DNA from: Candidatus Obscuribacteraceae bacterium
GTDB taxonomy: Bacteria; Cyanobacteriota; Vampirovibrionia; Obscuribacterales; Obscuribacteraceae
Direction of reading: 5' to 3'
DNA length: 64,000 nucleotides
NCBI GenBank assembly: GCA_044226015.1
Contig: JBGAHS010000002.1
Coordinates: forward strand, 1,171,435 to 1,235,434
Shown: piece by piece, positions 49,839 through 60,569 of the stretch
Layout of the letters: each line of letters opens with the position of its first letter
Numbering within the stretch: the stretch's first letter is position 1
Position numbers and translations under genes: made by a program
The notes under the pieces: model-generated
Databases searched by the model: none
Told to the model about the DNA's origin: nothing
Seen by the model: the letters and a program-made list of their open reading frames with translations, nothing else

Positions 49839-50172
49839 TCACTCCGTCCTCATGTGCTTAAGCCTTTTCCGCTGAACCTACACAAAATGCAGGGAGACAG
49901 GATCAGAAATCCTCCTCCCTGATTTACTCCTCGAAATACCAATTAGTGGCAAGCTGCCTGGTTTTTCGAGGAGACTTTCATAAACGATTATAAAAACAGC
50001 ACACCTACTACTCGCATTAGTACCCGAGTCCTGAAATAAAGTAGCAAAGAAGACCAAGTTCAAAAGTCCTCGTAGAGCATTTCAGAAGATGGAAAGCGAA
50101 GAGGGCGGGACAAGCTTACGCTCATCCCGCCCTCCCGCATCAGCTCAGTTTAGCCATAAGCCAAACTAAAGC

Positions 50173-52026
50173 TTAGTTCCACGGTGCCTTGAAATCAGGA
50201 GCAGGCCCGAAGTCAGCGCCACCACCATTGGTGCCGTTCAAATCGGGTTGCCACAGACCTCCGGCCGAGGTGGCACGCTTGCTGACAAAACCGTCGACCC
50301 ATTCCGTGCAGGTTTTGTCATCGCGGTAACCGTTGTTCCAGGCAGTGCGCTGGGCAACCCGGTCGTTGCTGTTCCGCATTTGCCGCAGAAGATTGAACCA
50401 GCCAATGTTATTGACTGCCCCAAGCTCTTTGCGCAATGAACGGACAGCCTCAGAATAACCGACCTGCTCGCCAGCACGCCAGGCGCGAACAGCCGCATCG
50501 TAGCGAGCCGAAGCCTCATCGAGGTGGCTGCTAAAATTGCTGTCGCGTCGGCTTGCATCTGCACCGCTGTAGTTCCGTCCATTGATGGTGCAGCTAAAGG
50601 CGTTCCACGCGCTGCTCTGCTTGAGCTGGGTCTTCAGCTCGGACAACTCATCCCACTTCTTGTTGTCGTCGTTGACTGCCTGCTTCGCATCCTTCAACTT
50701 CTGGATGCCGTCTTCTGCGTCTCGCTTCACCTGACGCCAATCCTGCTTGGTCAAGCGAATCTGACGTTCGATGCGAGTAGAGATGTCGTTTATAACGTTG
50801 ACCTTCTGCTTCGTTGCATCAGTCAATTCGTTATGCAGACTTTGAGACAGGAAGCTCAACGGAGGGGTTCCGTTGCGATCCGCATCTTCAAAGTCACGAC
50901 GGAAGTTCTTCACGGCAACCAGCGCATCATCGTAATCACGACGAGACTGCACAGCCTCGTCGCGAACAGCGTTCAACGACTTCTCAATACTCTGACCACT
51001 GGACTTCAGGTCAGTCCAATTAGAGTGGTCTTGCTTGAGCGACTCAGCAAGGCTGTTGAGCTGATTCTTCAGCGACTCGAACTTCTGGTCAGTGCTCGTC
51101 GAAGTGAAGTTCGCATTGTCTTCCAACGAGCGCGCAACATCTCGCTGCAGACGCTGACAGTACGCAACTACCTCACGCGTTTCGCGGCGATCCTCAATGC
51201 GCTGATTAAGCGCATCCATCCGACGAGCTGCACTCACGAACTTGTGTTCGAAGTAAGCTGCCTTGACGGAAGATTCGTAGCTGCTATCGCTGCCCTCGGA
51301 CTTCTGCAAAATCGCCGTCAATTCACTCTCTACCCGCTTCTTAGAGCTGAAAGCGCGATCGATGCAAGCAGTGGCGGACGCAGCAGAAGACTTGGCGTTT
51401 TTCAGAGAAGCAGCAGCTGAACGCGGGTCACCAGCTTCCAACGCCCCATCGATACTGTCCAGTGAGCGGCGGGCAGCCGAGATGTGCGCGTCTGGGTTGT
51501 TGTCCTCCTCTTCAAGGCGCAGCTTCTCCGAGCGCGAAGAAGTACCAGGATAGTTGAGGTCGATCGTTTGCCGGCGCGCTTGCTCAACACGCTCTTCGGC
51601 ATTGCTGAGAGCGGAACGAGCGCCGCTGTCAGTCTTCACCTCGATAGCCAGATTCAGATCAGACAGCACTGATTGGAAGTGCCCCTCCGCTTCCGCGGAG
51701 ATTTTGTCGGCGGCCTGCGGGTCGCGCGAAAGTACGGTTTCCGCCGTCTTCAGCTCACGTTCAGCCGAGTCGAAGCGACTCTGGTAGGGCTGAAACTTGA
51801 GGCCGGTTCCTGAAAGGGTGCCTTGCTGTCGCAAGATTTGCGCCTGCAGCTGGTGGCAGGCAGCGATGTGCGCCTGGCTGCTGGTTTTCGCCGCCTCGAC
51901 ATTGTGCCGATGGATGGCGTAGCCGATGATGCTGCCGATGATCACAACGGCGGCGATGGCGATAGCGATGATGACGCCCTGATTCGCCTGCCCCCGTCGA
52001 TTCCGATTCGTGTTACTCATGTTCAT
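50173..52026 (-). CDS. Membrane-anchored long alpha-helical protein, paralog of 38840-41056
   Basis: N-terminal TM; shared KQDW.Q and W..L..M.NS....A...GY segments. Confidence 0.8.
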   Translation of the reverse strand: MNMSNTNRNRRGQANQGVIIAIAIAAVVIIGSIIGYAIHRHNVEAAKTSSQAHIAACHQLQAQILRQQGTLSGTGLKFQPYQSRFDSAERELKTAETVLSRDPQAADKISAEAEGHFQSVLSDLNLAIEVKTDSGARSALSNAEERVEQARRQTIDLNYPGTSSRSEKLRLEEEDNNPDAHISAARRSLDSIDGALEAGDPRSAAASLKNAKSSAASATACIDRAFSSKKRVESELTAILQKSEGSDSSYESSVKAAYFEHKFVSAARRMDALNQRIEDRRETREVVAYCQRLQRDVARSLEDNANFTSTSTDQKFESLKNQLNSLAESLKQDHSNWTDLKSSGQSIEKSLNAVRDEAVQSRRDYDDALVAVKNFRRDFEDADRNGTPPLSFLSQSLHNELTDATKQKVNVINDISTRIERQIRLTKQDWRQVKRDAEDGIQKLKDAKQAVNDDNKKWDELSELKTQLKQSSAWNAFSCTINGRNYSGADASRRDSNFSSHLDEASARYDAAVRAWRAGEQVGYSEAVRSLRKELGAVNNIGWFNLLRQMRNSNDRVAQRTAWNNGYRDDKTCTEWVDGFVSKRATSAGGLWQPDLNGTNGGGADFGPAPDFKAPWN

Positions 52027-52256
52027 TGAATTCTCCGGTTTGTAGAAGAAGAAACGTGTGTTCGAACTTCCGGCTCCACCTACTCAGTGGTGCCGGCTTG
52101 GCGAACTCCAGTAGTCCGCCGCTTCCGCGTTTGAACTCCCGACTCCAACTCAGTGGGCCGGTCCTGGCTAGCTCAAGAGAGCCGCCTCTTTTGCGCGGGC
52201 TGGTCAACTCCAACGGAGTTCACCAACTATGCCTCGCGCGTCGACAATCTGGCATC

Positions 52257-52862
52257 CTAATGGTGCCGTGTCACGAAGCTGCGGGATAGTTCGCCGATGG
52301 TGCGCACAGCCACCTCGCGAGCGAATTCGGCCGGGTCTGGATTCGGGTTCTCCCAATCCAACCATGACCCTGACTCCCGCAGTACACGTGCCTGATCTGC
52401 ATCGTCGAATCCTGCCGCTTTCAGCGAACGACCGACGCGCATTCCCGCCGTGTAGGTATACCGTTCGGTTCCCTCGTAATGTCGCTTACTGCGAACGACG
52501 ACCAGCACACAGTATGTGTAGGTTGGGAACCCTCTGAGATAGCGATAAGCATCCAACTGCTGTGTCGCGACTGCTGCACCATCCATGCCACCATCTTCCT
52601 GACGAGTGAACGTCACAAAGAAAGCGACTCCGTTCTTGTTACCAAGTCGGGTCAGCTGGCGCTGGAGATTGCTGCGCTCGATGAGGGGCGAGTCGTCGTC
52701 GAAAGTCCATGATGGACTGACCCAAACTCGCTGGTCGTCGAGATAATCTTTTACTCGTGGTTTCATAAATTGCTCCGGTAGACGCAATCGAAAAAACTCT
52801 TCTAGTTCTATCGATGGAACGATAGCAGCAAGTGACCGAGGACCAACATTTGTTGGATGCAT
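52257..52862 (-). CDS. Hypothetical protein, possibly TPM-domain-like
   Basis: L..L....GVAFFVTF, VLVVV..KR, AGMRVG..L...GF pattern reminiscent of TPM alpha/beta domains. Confidence 0.45.
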   Translation of the reverse strand: MHPTNVGPRSLAAIVPSIELEEFFRLRLPEQFMKPRVKDYLDDQRVWVSPSWTFDDDSPLIERSNLQRQLTRLGNKNGVAFFVTFTRQEDGGMDGAAVATQQLDAYRYLRGFPTYTYCVLVVVRSKRHYEGTERYTYTAGMRVGRSLKAAGFDDADQARVLRESGSWLDWENPNPDPAEFAREVAVRTIGELSRSFVTRHH

Positions 52863-53338
52863 TCAGGTTCTACTGCGGTCTCGGGTGCTGGGTTTGCGTT
52901 CCTGGGCTGAGATGTAAGAGAAGAGACTCCTTACCCTCCACGTTTGACCCCTCAATATTCAAGGGTTGTAACTGTCGGAGCATAACAGCACCACGCCCTC
53001 CAGCCCAGCCAGCACAAGCGACAGCACTGTGGGACTGGCAGCGTAATGCTCCCAACTACATCACAAGAGTCGCTAGCACTAGCTATGAGGAGACCTCTTA
53101 AGCTAACTAGCGCCTTAATAATGAATCTCCTGTCATGTCCGCGCTCCAACCCATGAATACGGGAATTGAGCTTCCTGCCAAACTGTAGCAATCAAAACCA
53201 AGTAGATCCGATTTGAACCTAATTCGATCCTCTTAGCCAAGACAATATGCAAAGTCTTTCTACAGAACTATCGTCTAACCCAGAGTATTGGCATCCAAGA
53301 GGTTAAGATCAGTCCGACAATATCCGGGGATGCCAAAA

Positions 53339-54121
53339 ATGCTCAAGAATAAAACCGCACTAGTGACTGGTTCAACCAGCGGTATAGGATTGGGAATGGC
53401 TCGCAAATTAGCCATGAACGGCGCAAATGTGATTCTAAATGGATTCGGCGACCATGTAGAAATTGAAAAACTACGCACATCGATTGAAAACGAATTTTCA
53501 GTGAAAGCCGCCTACATAAACGCTGACCTGAGTAAAAGCAACGAGATAGAAACGCTCACGAATAAGGCTCTGGAACTTTTCGACAGCGTGGACATATTGG
53601 TAAACAACGCCGGAGTACAACACACTGCTTCTGTTGAAGATTTTCCCGCAGATAAGTGGGACTTGATTATCGCGCTGAATCTCTCTGCCGCCTTCCATCT
53701 GACTCGACTGCTTCTGCCAGGAATGAAGAAAAACAACTGGGGCAGAATTATCAATATCGCATCGGTTCATGGCTTGGTTGCATCTATGCAGAAAGCTGCC
53801 TATGTTGCAGCAAAGCATGGAATCGTCGGTTTAACGAAAGTAGTAGCTCTTGAATGCGCAGAAAGTGGTATCACCTGTAATGCCATTTGTCCTGGCTGGG
53901 TGCTCACGCCACTAGTGGAAAAACAAATTGAAGCACTAGCTCAACAAAGAGGAATCAGCATCGATGCGGCTTCTGATGAGCTTCTTAGCGCAAAACAACC
54001 AAGCAAGCGCTTTACCGAAATCGATCATCTTGCAGAACTAACAATTTTCCTTTGCAGTGAACATGCCTCAAACATGACGGGCGCGAGCATCCCCATGGAC
54101 GGTGCTTGGACAGCGCATTAG
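53339..54121 (+). CDS. bdhA: 3-hydroxybutyrate dehydrogenase (SDR)
   Basis: TGSTSGIGLG, NNAGVQH, IASVHGLVAS..KAAYVAAKHG, CPGWVLTPLV. Confidence 0.92.
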   Translation: MLKNKTALVTGSTSGIGLGMARKLAMNGANVILNGFGDHVEIEKLRTSIENEFSVKAAYINADLSKSNEIETLTNKALELFDSVDILVNNAGVQHTASVEDFPADKWDLIIALNLSAAFHLTRLLLPGMKKNNWGRIINIASVHGLVASMQKAAYVAAKHGIVGLTKVVALECAESGITCNAICPGWVLTPLVEKQIEALAQQRGISIDAASDELLSAKQPSKRFTEIDHLAELTIFLCSEHASNMTGASIPMDGAWTAH

Positions 54122-54139
54122 ACTGGCAAGCAACCCCTA

Positions 54140-55426
54140 TCACTGGTGCGGTAGTTTATCCAACTGTTTCACTATTGGCTCATCAAAGCTCTTCTTCAAT
54201 TGAAGTGCAAGGTCACGGCTGGAGTTCGCATTTACTGCCGCAATACGATCTCTAAATACACGGTACTTCTTTTCGTCTTGCTGCACCGTGTTGTATTGAA
54301 CAGCCTCATTGAGGAACTGCAAAGACTCTCCATACAAATGCATAGCCGCCAGTTCCTGTCCAAGCTTAAAGGCTACCGCTGAGTGAAAATGTGGATGCAT
54401 TGCGTAAGCCGCAGCAAGCTGAGCACAAGCATTCTTTCGATTTCCGCGAATTGAAAACAAATCGGCCAGACGAATTCTGAAAAGAGTCGAACGAAAGCCA
54501 CCGCCATTGGTGCCAGGTTCCGACAACTTAAAAGAGAGGTCGTTGATAGCGGCTTGCAGAACACGCTTATCAGCATATTCCATCAAGTCATAGACCTGGT
54601 GCTTCGCCTCTGATAGAGTTTGTGCATCGTGCTGCCAGTAGAGCCCGAGCAACGAAGGCACAATTGCCTTGTCATATTGCTTTGCTCCCAGGTAAACTCG
54701 TCCAAGCAAAAGATTCATTTCATCATCCATAGGTGACTCTTGCAAAGCTCGAGTTATGCCTTCCACCACTTCTGATTGTTTTCTTCCTGTCTTCACCAGA
54801 GCCAAGGCGTTTATGCGCAGAGCGAGCGGTTCTTTTGGGTTACGTTTGAGTTCCTGATTTACCAGACTGAGCGCAGAGCCTATTTTGCCTTCGTTGTATT
54901 CCAGCATCGCTAGCGTAGCAAAGGTGCCTGGGTAGGGGTCTGATGTCTGAATCGCTTCACTTAACTCTTTTCGAGCATTAGAAAGCGCCTTTTGCTTGCT
55001 CTCCCGGCTAAAAGTGATGGCCGCTAGATTTTTTCTGGCAGCATAGAAGAGAACAGCCGGGTCACGCGGATATTTGTCTTGCAAATAGAGAAACATCAGT
55101 GCCGAACTAAACTGGTCGTGCGCAAAAATTTTCTTAAACTGATTCAAAACAAAATCAGCGCTACTTTTATCAGCCGCTGCATACTGGTCGTTAGCCAGTC
55201 CGTAGAGACCTTTGCTCGCCAGAGCCTCCCCCGCCGTGAGACAGGTAAAGGGGTCAGCAGGATTCTTGCTCAATTCTGTAGACAGAAAGTTAATGTCAGA
55301 ATCTGTCGCCTTTAGCCCCCTCGACAGTCGTGACCTCAATTCGTCGACCCCCGGAGAGGCCAAAACAGCCATATGTCCAGAAAGGATCATTAGAAATATA
55401 GAGAATAGTTGACACCCTTTTTTCAA
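54140..55426 (-). CDS. Secreted TPR-like protein
   Basis: Signal-like N-terminus; TPR-like helices (LLGRVY...YDKA). Confidence 0.7.
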   Translation of the reverse strand: MKKGCQLFSIFLMILSGHMAVLASPGVDELRSRLSRGLKATDSDINFLSTELSKNPADPFTCLTAGEALASKGLYGLANDQYAAADKSSADFVLNQFKKIFAHDQFSSALMFLYLQDKYPRDPAVLFYAARKNLAAITFSRESKQKALSNARKELSEAIQTSDPYPGTFATLAMLEYNEGKIGSALSLVNQELKRNPKEPLALRINALALVKTGRKQSEVVEGITRALQESPMDDEMNLLLGRVYLGAKQYDKAIVPSLLGLYWQHDAQTLSEAKHQVYDLMEYADKRVLQAAINDLSFKLSEPGTNGGGFRSTLFRIRLADLFSIRGNRKNACAQLAAAYAMHPHFHSAVAFKLGQELAAMHLYGESLQFLNEAVQYNTVQQDEKKYRVFRDRIAAVNANSSRDLALQLKKSFDEPIVKQLDKLPHQ

Positions 55427-55584
55427 ACGAAATCCCTCTTCTCTTTAGAATCAAGCTTTTCAGGCTTCTGAGTCTAGCAGATGTCTAAGTCGGGCTCAAT
55501 TGACAAAACAAGGCTGGTAAGCTACAAAATTAAATAGGGTTAATAATTATCACAGTCTGTTCCTTATCCGGGGCTCTCACCTTT

Positions 55585-57858
55585 ATGAAGACTCGTGCAA
55601 AACAGGGTTCTACACTCTCTTTGGTTGTGGCGTGCACCATCGTCCTAGTCTTACTAGGCATTGGCTTTATAGCACTTACATTTCTTTTTGGTGGTCATCG
55701 CGAAGCGCAACACGCTGCCGACTCTGGCAGCTTGAACGTTTCCAAACGAGCAATTTTGTCTCCGGCGGTGCAATCATCCGCCTTAGAGTCAGACGTGGGG
55801 CGTGCTATGGCAGCCAACTTGTCTGCGCCAAATGGCTCAAACATCAACATGGGCACGGGAGTGAACTTGTTGAGCTTCAACCGCATGGTCGCTCAAGCCA
55901 TGTTGGTCGCTCTTAACGCCGAGGCAGAAGGCCAGGGTCAAGCGAACGCCCAACAAGCCTTCAATTTCGTCGAAGGTAGTGCTGGCAGTATCGGTGCTCA
56001 GTTGAAGACACTGTTGAGCGACAACAGTGCTGGAGCCTGGGCTGAAGACGACTACAACGAAGTCAGCGGAAACGTACTGAAGATGTTGGGCGGCCAGGGC
56101 GCCCCCACATACAATCCGGCAGACTTCCAAGTCGCCTACATGAACCAGAGAGCTAACGATTTCACTGGTACCAACGTTGATATGTCGGCATTCGACCCCT
56201 CATCAACGACGTACAGAAACGAGATACTGCCCATAAAGGACTACACCGATCCAAATCAAAGAAACAACTTCAACTCGAAGTCTTTCGTGAAGGGTTCGGG
56301 CAGTTCTGCCAACGTATCATTCCTGGCAGGTTTCACAACGATAACCACGGCTGGCTGCAATTTCATGGGAGTTCCAACCAACCCGGGAATGCAACCTCAC
56401 CTTGAGTCTACCAACCTCTTCAGCCAGGAAACATCTCAACCAGGTCAGGGCTCTGTGTACCTGCCTCCTAACGCCTTCAGGATCGGTGGCACGGCAACAG
56501 CCACCCCAGCCCAGGACAATGGAATGACAAAGGCTCACGTTGTGTCTGTGTCAATGATCGGCACTCCGCAGACTCCATTCCCTCTGCAGATTCCAGGCGG
56601 CTACATCGTCATCGACAATTCAGCCACCCAGAACTTCTCCGGACACACTCCAAATACAGATAACGTCGCAGCCCACGAACTGGGCACGGGCATCCTTGTA
56701 GATAAAGCAACAGGTTACTTCTCCTACGGTTCTGACCCGAATGGAAAAGGAAACTTGATCGACCAGTGGCAAACATACGACCACGATCCGAACAACTTCC
56801 AGCCCTCGGCTTCAGACCCTCCGTATCAGGGAATCTACAACTCAAGCGGAAACGCCCTAGCATCAGCAAGCGAAGCTGCGAAGATCCCCTACGTGCCCAA
56901 CCCAACTACTCCTCCATCAATTCTCTGCACTGATAACAATTCCAGTGCTCCAGGAGGAGATCCAACTTGTATTCAAGAAGCTAGTGGAACCGCATCAGTT
57001 CTGTCACCATTTGACCGTGCCTATCATCCAAACTCGCTCGCCAATGGTGGGGGCACTATGTCGACTACCGATTCAACAGCCAGCGAACTCGCCCAATGCC
57101 AGGTTATCGATCTCTATGGACCGACACCACACGGTGGTGGTCCAGCTATGGATTACAACTACAACTTCGGCCCTACCGGCATCAGACGCTATCCTAACGG
57201 ATTGCCCAGCCAGGCTAATCAATACGCATGGCAAGGTCCTCCCGGCGGCGGCTTCGGAATGTCTCCTGACTCTGTTCCAGCTTCAGTCCACACAAACTCA
57301 AGCTCAACCTGCAAAGTCACCGAAGATGGAACCATTCAACAATACTTCCAACAAGTTGAAGCTGGTAACCACATTGAGGTTGACCGCGGAGCAAGCAACA
57401 CATCAGTACTCTCATTCTTGAGACAACGCATGCTGGAAATCCTGCCGACTGCTACCGCAGCTCAGATGGATCAAATTCTGCAAACTCCTATCGGTCTGGG
57501 CAAAACCTACTTCATCTACCTGAAGAATGGTGCTCTGACGATGGATACAACAGGTCCAGCCTACAGAGGTGGTCAATCCGCAAACGCTTTACAGGCTGAT
57601 GGTTACGAACACAAAGTAAAATCAGACTACCCAATTTTGGAAGGTGTAGCAAACCCATATTACGCATATGGCATCCACGACAGATTGTTCACCACCTGGG
57701 GAAGCAACTCTAATAAAGACGACCTGCAAGGCGAAATCACAGCTACTCAAACAGCCTCATTCCAACCAGCTTCTGGTGCTTATGGACTGCTTGGTATCGT
57801 GCGGTTCACCGAAACAAGTACCGCTAGTGGAAGCCTCGGCTTCAACAACCGCGACTAG
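55585..57858 (+). CDS. Large exported protein with TadE/TadG-like N-terminus
   Basis: KQGSTL + TM + EAQHAADSGSL prepilin/Tad-like pattern; S/G/N/P-rich body. Confidence 0.65.
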   Translation: MKTRAKQGSTLSLVVACTIVLVLLGIGFIALTFLFGGHREAQHAADSGSLNVSKRAILSPAVQSSALESDVGRAMAANLSAPNGSNINMGTGVNLLSFNRMVAQAMLVALNAEAEGQGQANAQQAFNFVEGSAGSIGAQLKTLLSDNSAGAWAEDDYNEVSGNVLKMLGGQGAPTYNPADFQVAYMNQRANDFTGTNVDMSAFDPSSTTYRNEILPIKDYTDPNQRNNFNSKSFVKGSGSSANVSFLAGFTTITTAGCNFMGVPTNPGMQPHLESTNLFSQETSQPGQGSVYLPPNAFRIGGTATATPAQDNGMTKAHVVSVSMIGTPQTPFPLQIPGGYIVIDNSATQNFSGHTPNTDNVAAHELGTGILVDKATGYFSYGSDPNGKGNLIDQWQTYDHDPNNFQPSASDPPYQGIYNSSGNALASASEAAKIPYVPNPTTPPSILCTDNNSSAPGGDPTCIQEASGTASVLSPFDRAYHPNSLANGGGTMSTTDSTASELAQCQVIDLYGPTPHGGGPAMDYNYNFGPTGIRRYPNGLPSQANQYAWQGPPGGGFGMSPDSVPASVHTNSSSTCKVTEDGTIQQYFQQVEAGNHIEVDRGASNTSVLSFLRQRMLEILPTATAAQMDQILQTPIGLGKTYFIYLKNGALTMDTTGPAYRGGQSANALQADGYEHKVKSDYPILEGVANPYYAYGIHDRLFTTWGSNSNKDDLQGEITATQTASFQPASGAYGLLGIVRFTETSTASGSLGFNNRD

Positions 57859-57952
57859 TTTAGCCTTAGAGGCAAAAAAACTGCAGGGAGGGTAGAGATA
57901 CCCTCCCTGTTTGTTATTTGATATCATCATGAAAGGTGAAGGGGGTATTATC

Positions 57953-58441
57953 GTGCGCACCTACATACTTATTCTCGCTCTGCTAAGTTCGGCTCAGCTC
58001 TGCCCTCCAGCCCATAGCCAATTTGGCGTGCCACAAAAAGAGTCACCTGCAGAAAAGCTGAAAAAATCCAAAGCGAAATTCAAGACCCAAGCGGTGACCG
58101 CGCTCAGACCAATCCCAAACGTTCCGGCATATCCTGCTCCTCAAAACGCTCAGAAGTTCATTCGAGCGCAACAATACAGCGCTCTCGGACAAGGTGATAA
58201 CTGCATCGTTCAGTCATTCTTGTTAAGGGACCCGCCTGACACAGTGCGCGAATTCTATAGAACACAGCTCACAAACAATGGGTGGATGCTTCAACCTGCC
58301 AACGCAGCAGGAACACAGCTGCTTGCCAGACGGCGCAAAGATGGTTCATCGTGCCATGTGATGGTTGCGCCTAGCCCAGAAAAAGGCTGGAAGTCTTTCG
58401 TGCAACTAAGGTACGTGCAATTCCACCCATTAGAAGATTGA
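57953..58441 (+). CDS. Hypothetical secreted protein
   Basis: Signal peptide; VREFY..QL...GW motif. Confidence 0.65.
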   Translation: MRTYILILALLSSAQLCPPAHSQFGVPQKESPAEKLKKSKAKFKTQAVTALRPIPNVPAYPAPQNAQKFIRAQQYSALGQGDNCIVQSFLLRDPPDTVREFYRTQLTNNGWMLQPANAAGTQLLARRRKDGSSCHVMVAPSPEKGWKSFVQLRYVQFHPLED

Positions 58442-59334
58442 TGAAATTCAAAATCATAACTAACCTGATTCTTGCCAGCTTCATTGCTTGTGCTTTTCCA
58501 GTCAACTCAAACGCAAATCAACTTTCGCTAGGAAAAGAGTCCAAAGTCCCGGGCACAATCATGATTCCAGTGGTCAGCTTCAGTAGCCTGAACGGCATTA
58601 CGATTGAAGACCTTTATAAAAAACGCAGTGAAGCAGTTTTCAAATATAAGCAATTACTATCAGACACTTACGAACCATCCGATTCAATTTTTGGTTCTTG
58701 CGAATCAAAGAAACCCTGGTGGGGAACCTGGGGAATGTACGTCTACAGGCAAGGACAGCGTGCAATAGTCGGTCCTTCTAAAGAATCAATCTACCTCTTC
58801 AATCCCTTTAGATTGGTCTCCGCAGAGCAACACAGCGTTGGTTTATGGGACCCACGTTCGCTCTCTGATGCGGACCTCAGAGACCCTAAATTCCCTTTTG
58901 TCTGGGAGTCAGGTCCTGTTTTGTTCAACCCAAAATTGCGTACAGCGCAAGTCTGGTACAACGTCTCAAAGTTCAATAATCAATTGCTTGAATATCAGAA
59001 AAACATGCGGGTTCATTTAACGAGCATAAATGGATTTAGCCTTATTGCATACAACGCCAGAGACTTTGGCCTCAACTACATTTACATGGACCCTATTAAG
59101 AGTATAAACATGCGACGCTGGCGCGCACAGGCAGTCCCAATTACCCAGTTTCTGCACTGCGGTGGCTCCTGTGGTTACCCCGGCGGTTGCAACAACATGA
59201 GCCCATTTATAGAAGAACTCGACAAAAACAGTTTCCGCAAACTCCCTGCCAGAGCCTATTTGAAGCTATGGTCTATTGAACCGGAAACTGTTAGTAATCC
59301 TCCAGATTTTACCTACATCATTGATTTCAAATAG
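58441..59334 (+). CDS. Hypothetical secreted protein with HCGGSCGYPGGCNN motif
   Basis: Signal peptide; coupled to upstream stop. Confidence 0.7.
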   Translation: MKFKIITNLILASFIACAFPVNSNANQLSLGKESKVPGTIMIPVVSFSSLNGITIEDLYKKRSEAVFKYKQLLSDTYEPSDSIFGSCESKKPWWGTWGMYVYRQGQRAIVGPSKESIYLFNPFRLVSAEQHSVGLWDPRSLSDADLRDPKFPFVWESGPVLFNPKLRTAQVWYNVSKFNNQLLEYQKNMRVHLTSINGFSLIAYNARDFGLNYIYMDPIKSINMRRWRAQAVPITQFLHCGGSCGYPGGCNNMSPFIEELDKNSFRKLPARAYLKLWSIEPETVSNPPDFTYIIDFK

Positions 59335-59416
59335 CTTTGAACATTGTGTAATTTAGAGATTGATTGCTGTGATGGTGATGGTATAAACCGATAAACGTCA
59401 TAAGTTTGGAGAAAAA

Positions 59417-60346
59417 ATGAGCGAAGAAACCGCAGCAGAAAGCTCCCCAGCAAATAACTATTTTGGCTTGCCCGAAGAATTTTCAAGCCCAGAAAACTCG
59501 CGTGTAGCCATCGTCCCTTGTCCATACGAAGCAACGACGAGTTATGGCAAGGGAACTGCAAATGGTCCCGCGGCCATCTTGGAGGCGAGCCAGCAGGTTG
59601 AGCTCTTCGATGATGAACTCTGGGTCGAGCCACATGTTGTAGGTATTCAAACCTGTAGTCCAGTTATCATGGATGCGCAAACTGCAGAAATGGAGAATCC
59701 ATTCTTGCAGTTACAAGAAGCTGTAGCACCACTGGTCGAGTTCAACAAATTTCCGATAATTCTCGGTGGCGAGCATTCACTCACGCTGGGCGCAGTTAAA
59801 GCGTGCCTTGGACGATATCCCGACCTTTCGATTCTCCAAGTTGACGCCCACGCAGACCTTCGCAAATCGTATGAGGATAAGGATTATAGCCACGCGTGCG
59901 TTAGCTATCATCTCTACAAAACTCTGCCGCAACCTAACATTACCCAAGTAGGTATTCGCAATATTAGCAAGGGCGAAGCTGAATGGATGGAAGAAGAACA
60001 GCCCAACATCCACATCTTCTGGGCACGCCATCAAGAAAAATGGAATTTTTCGGAAATCATCTCGACCTTATCTGACAATGTCTATCTCACAATCGATGTC
60101 GACGGACTTGATTCAGCTTTGATGCCTGCAACAGGAACACCAGAGCCCGGCGGCATGAACTGGTATCAATTGATGGACCTCATCAAACAACTCTGCATTC
60201 GTAAAAATGTTGTTGCTGCAGACATCGTAGAGTATGCCCCTATCGATAACTTTCACGCTCCCTCGTTTCTTTGCGCAAAGCTTATCTATAAAATAATAGG
60301 CTACCGCTTTGCTCTAGACCTCGGAGTGACGAAAAAATATCTGTAA
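59417..60346 (+). CDS. speB: Agmatinase (ureohydrolase)
   Basis: GGEHS, DAHADLR, DVDGLD, TGTPEPGG. Confidence 0.92.
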   Translation: MSEETAAESSPANNYFGLPEEFSSPENSRVAIVPCPYEATTSYGKGTANGPAAILEASQQVELFDDELWVEPHVVGIQTCSPVIMDAQTAEMENPFLQLQEAVAPLVEFNKFPIILGGEHSLTLGAVKACLGRYPDLSILQVDAHADLRKSYEDKDYSHACVSYHLYKTLPQPNITQVGIRNISKGEAEWMEEEQPNIHIFWARHQEKWNFSEIISTLSDNVYLTIDVDGLDSALMPATGTPEPGGMNWYQLMDLIKQLCIRKNVVAADIVEYAPIDNFHAPSFLCAKLIYKIIGYRFALDLGVTKKYL

Positions 60347-60569
60347 ATGAAAGACCGCAGCTTTCGCCGCGGTCTTCAAAATTTGTGCTTCTCAGGTTTT
60401 CACCTTTGAATATTGCTTCCTCCATCGATTGCTACCCACCCCAGGCAGCTCTCTAGGATTTTGAAACAGCCACTGCCAGGTTGAGTACACCACACCCCTG
60501 ATGTATTTCGTCCTGTCAGTTGCTCTGACAAACGTCTATATACGAGTAATTCAAAATTTGGACAAGAAT

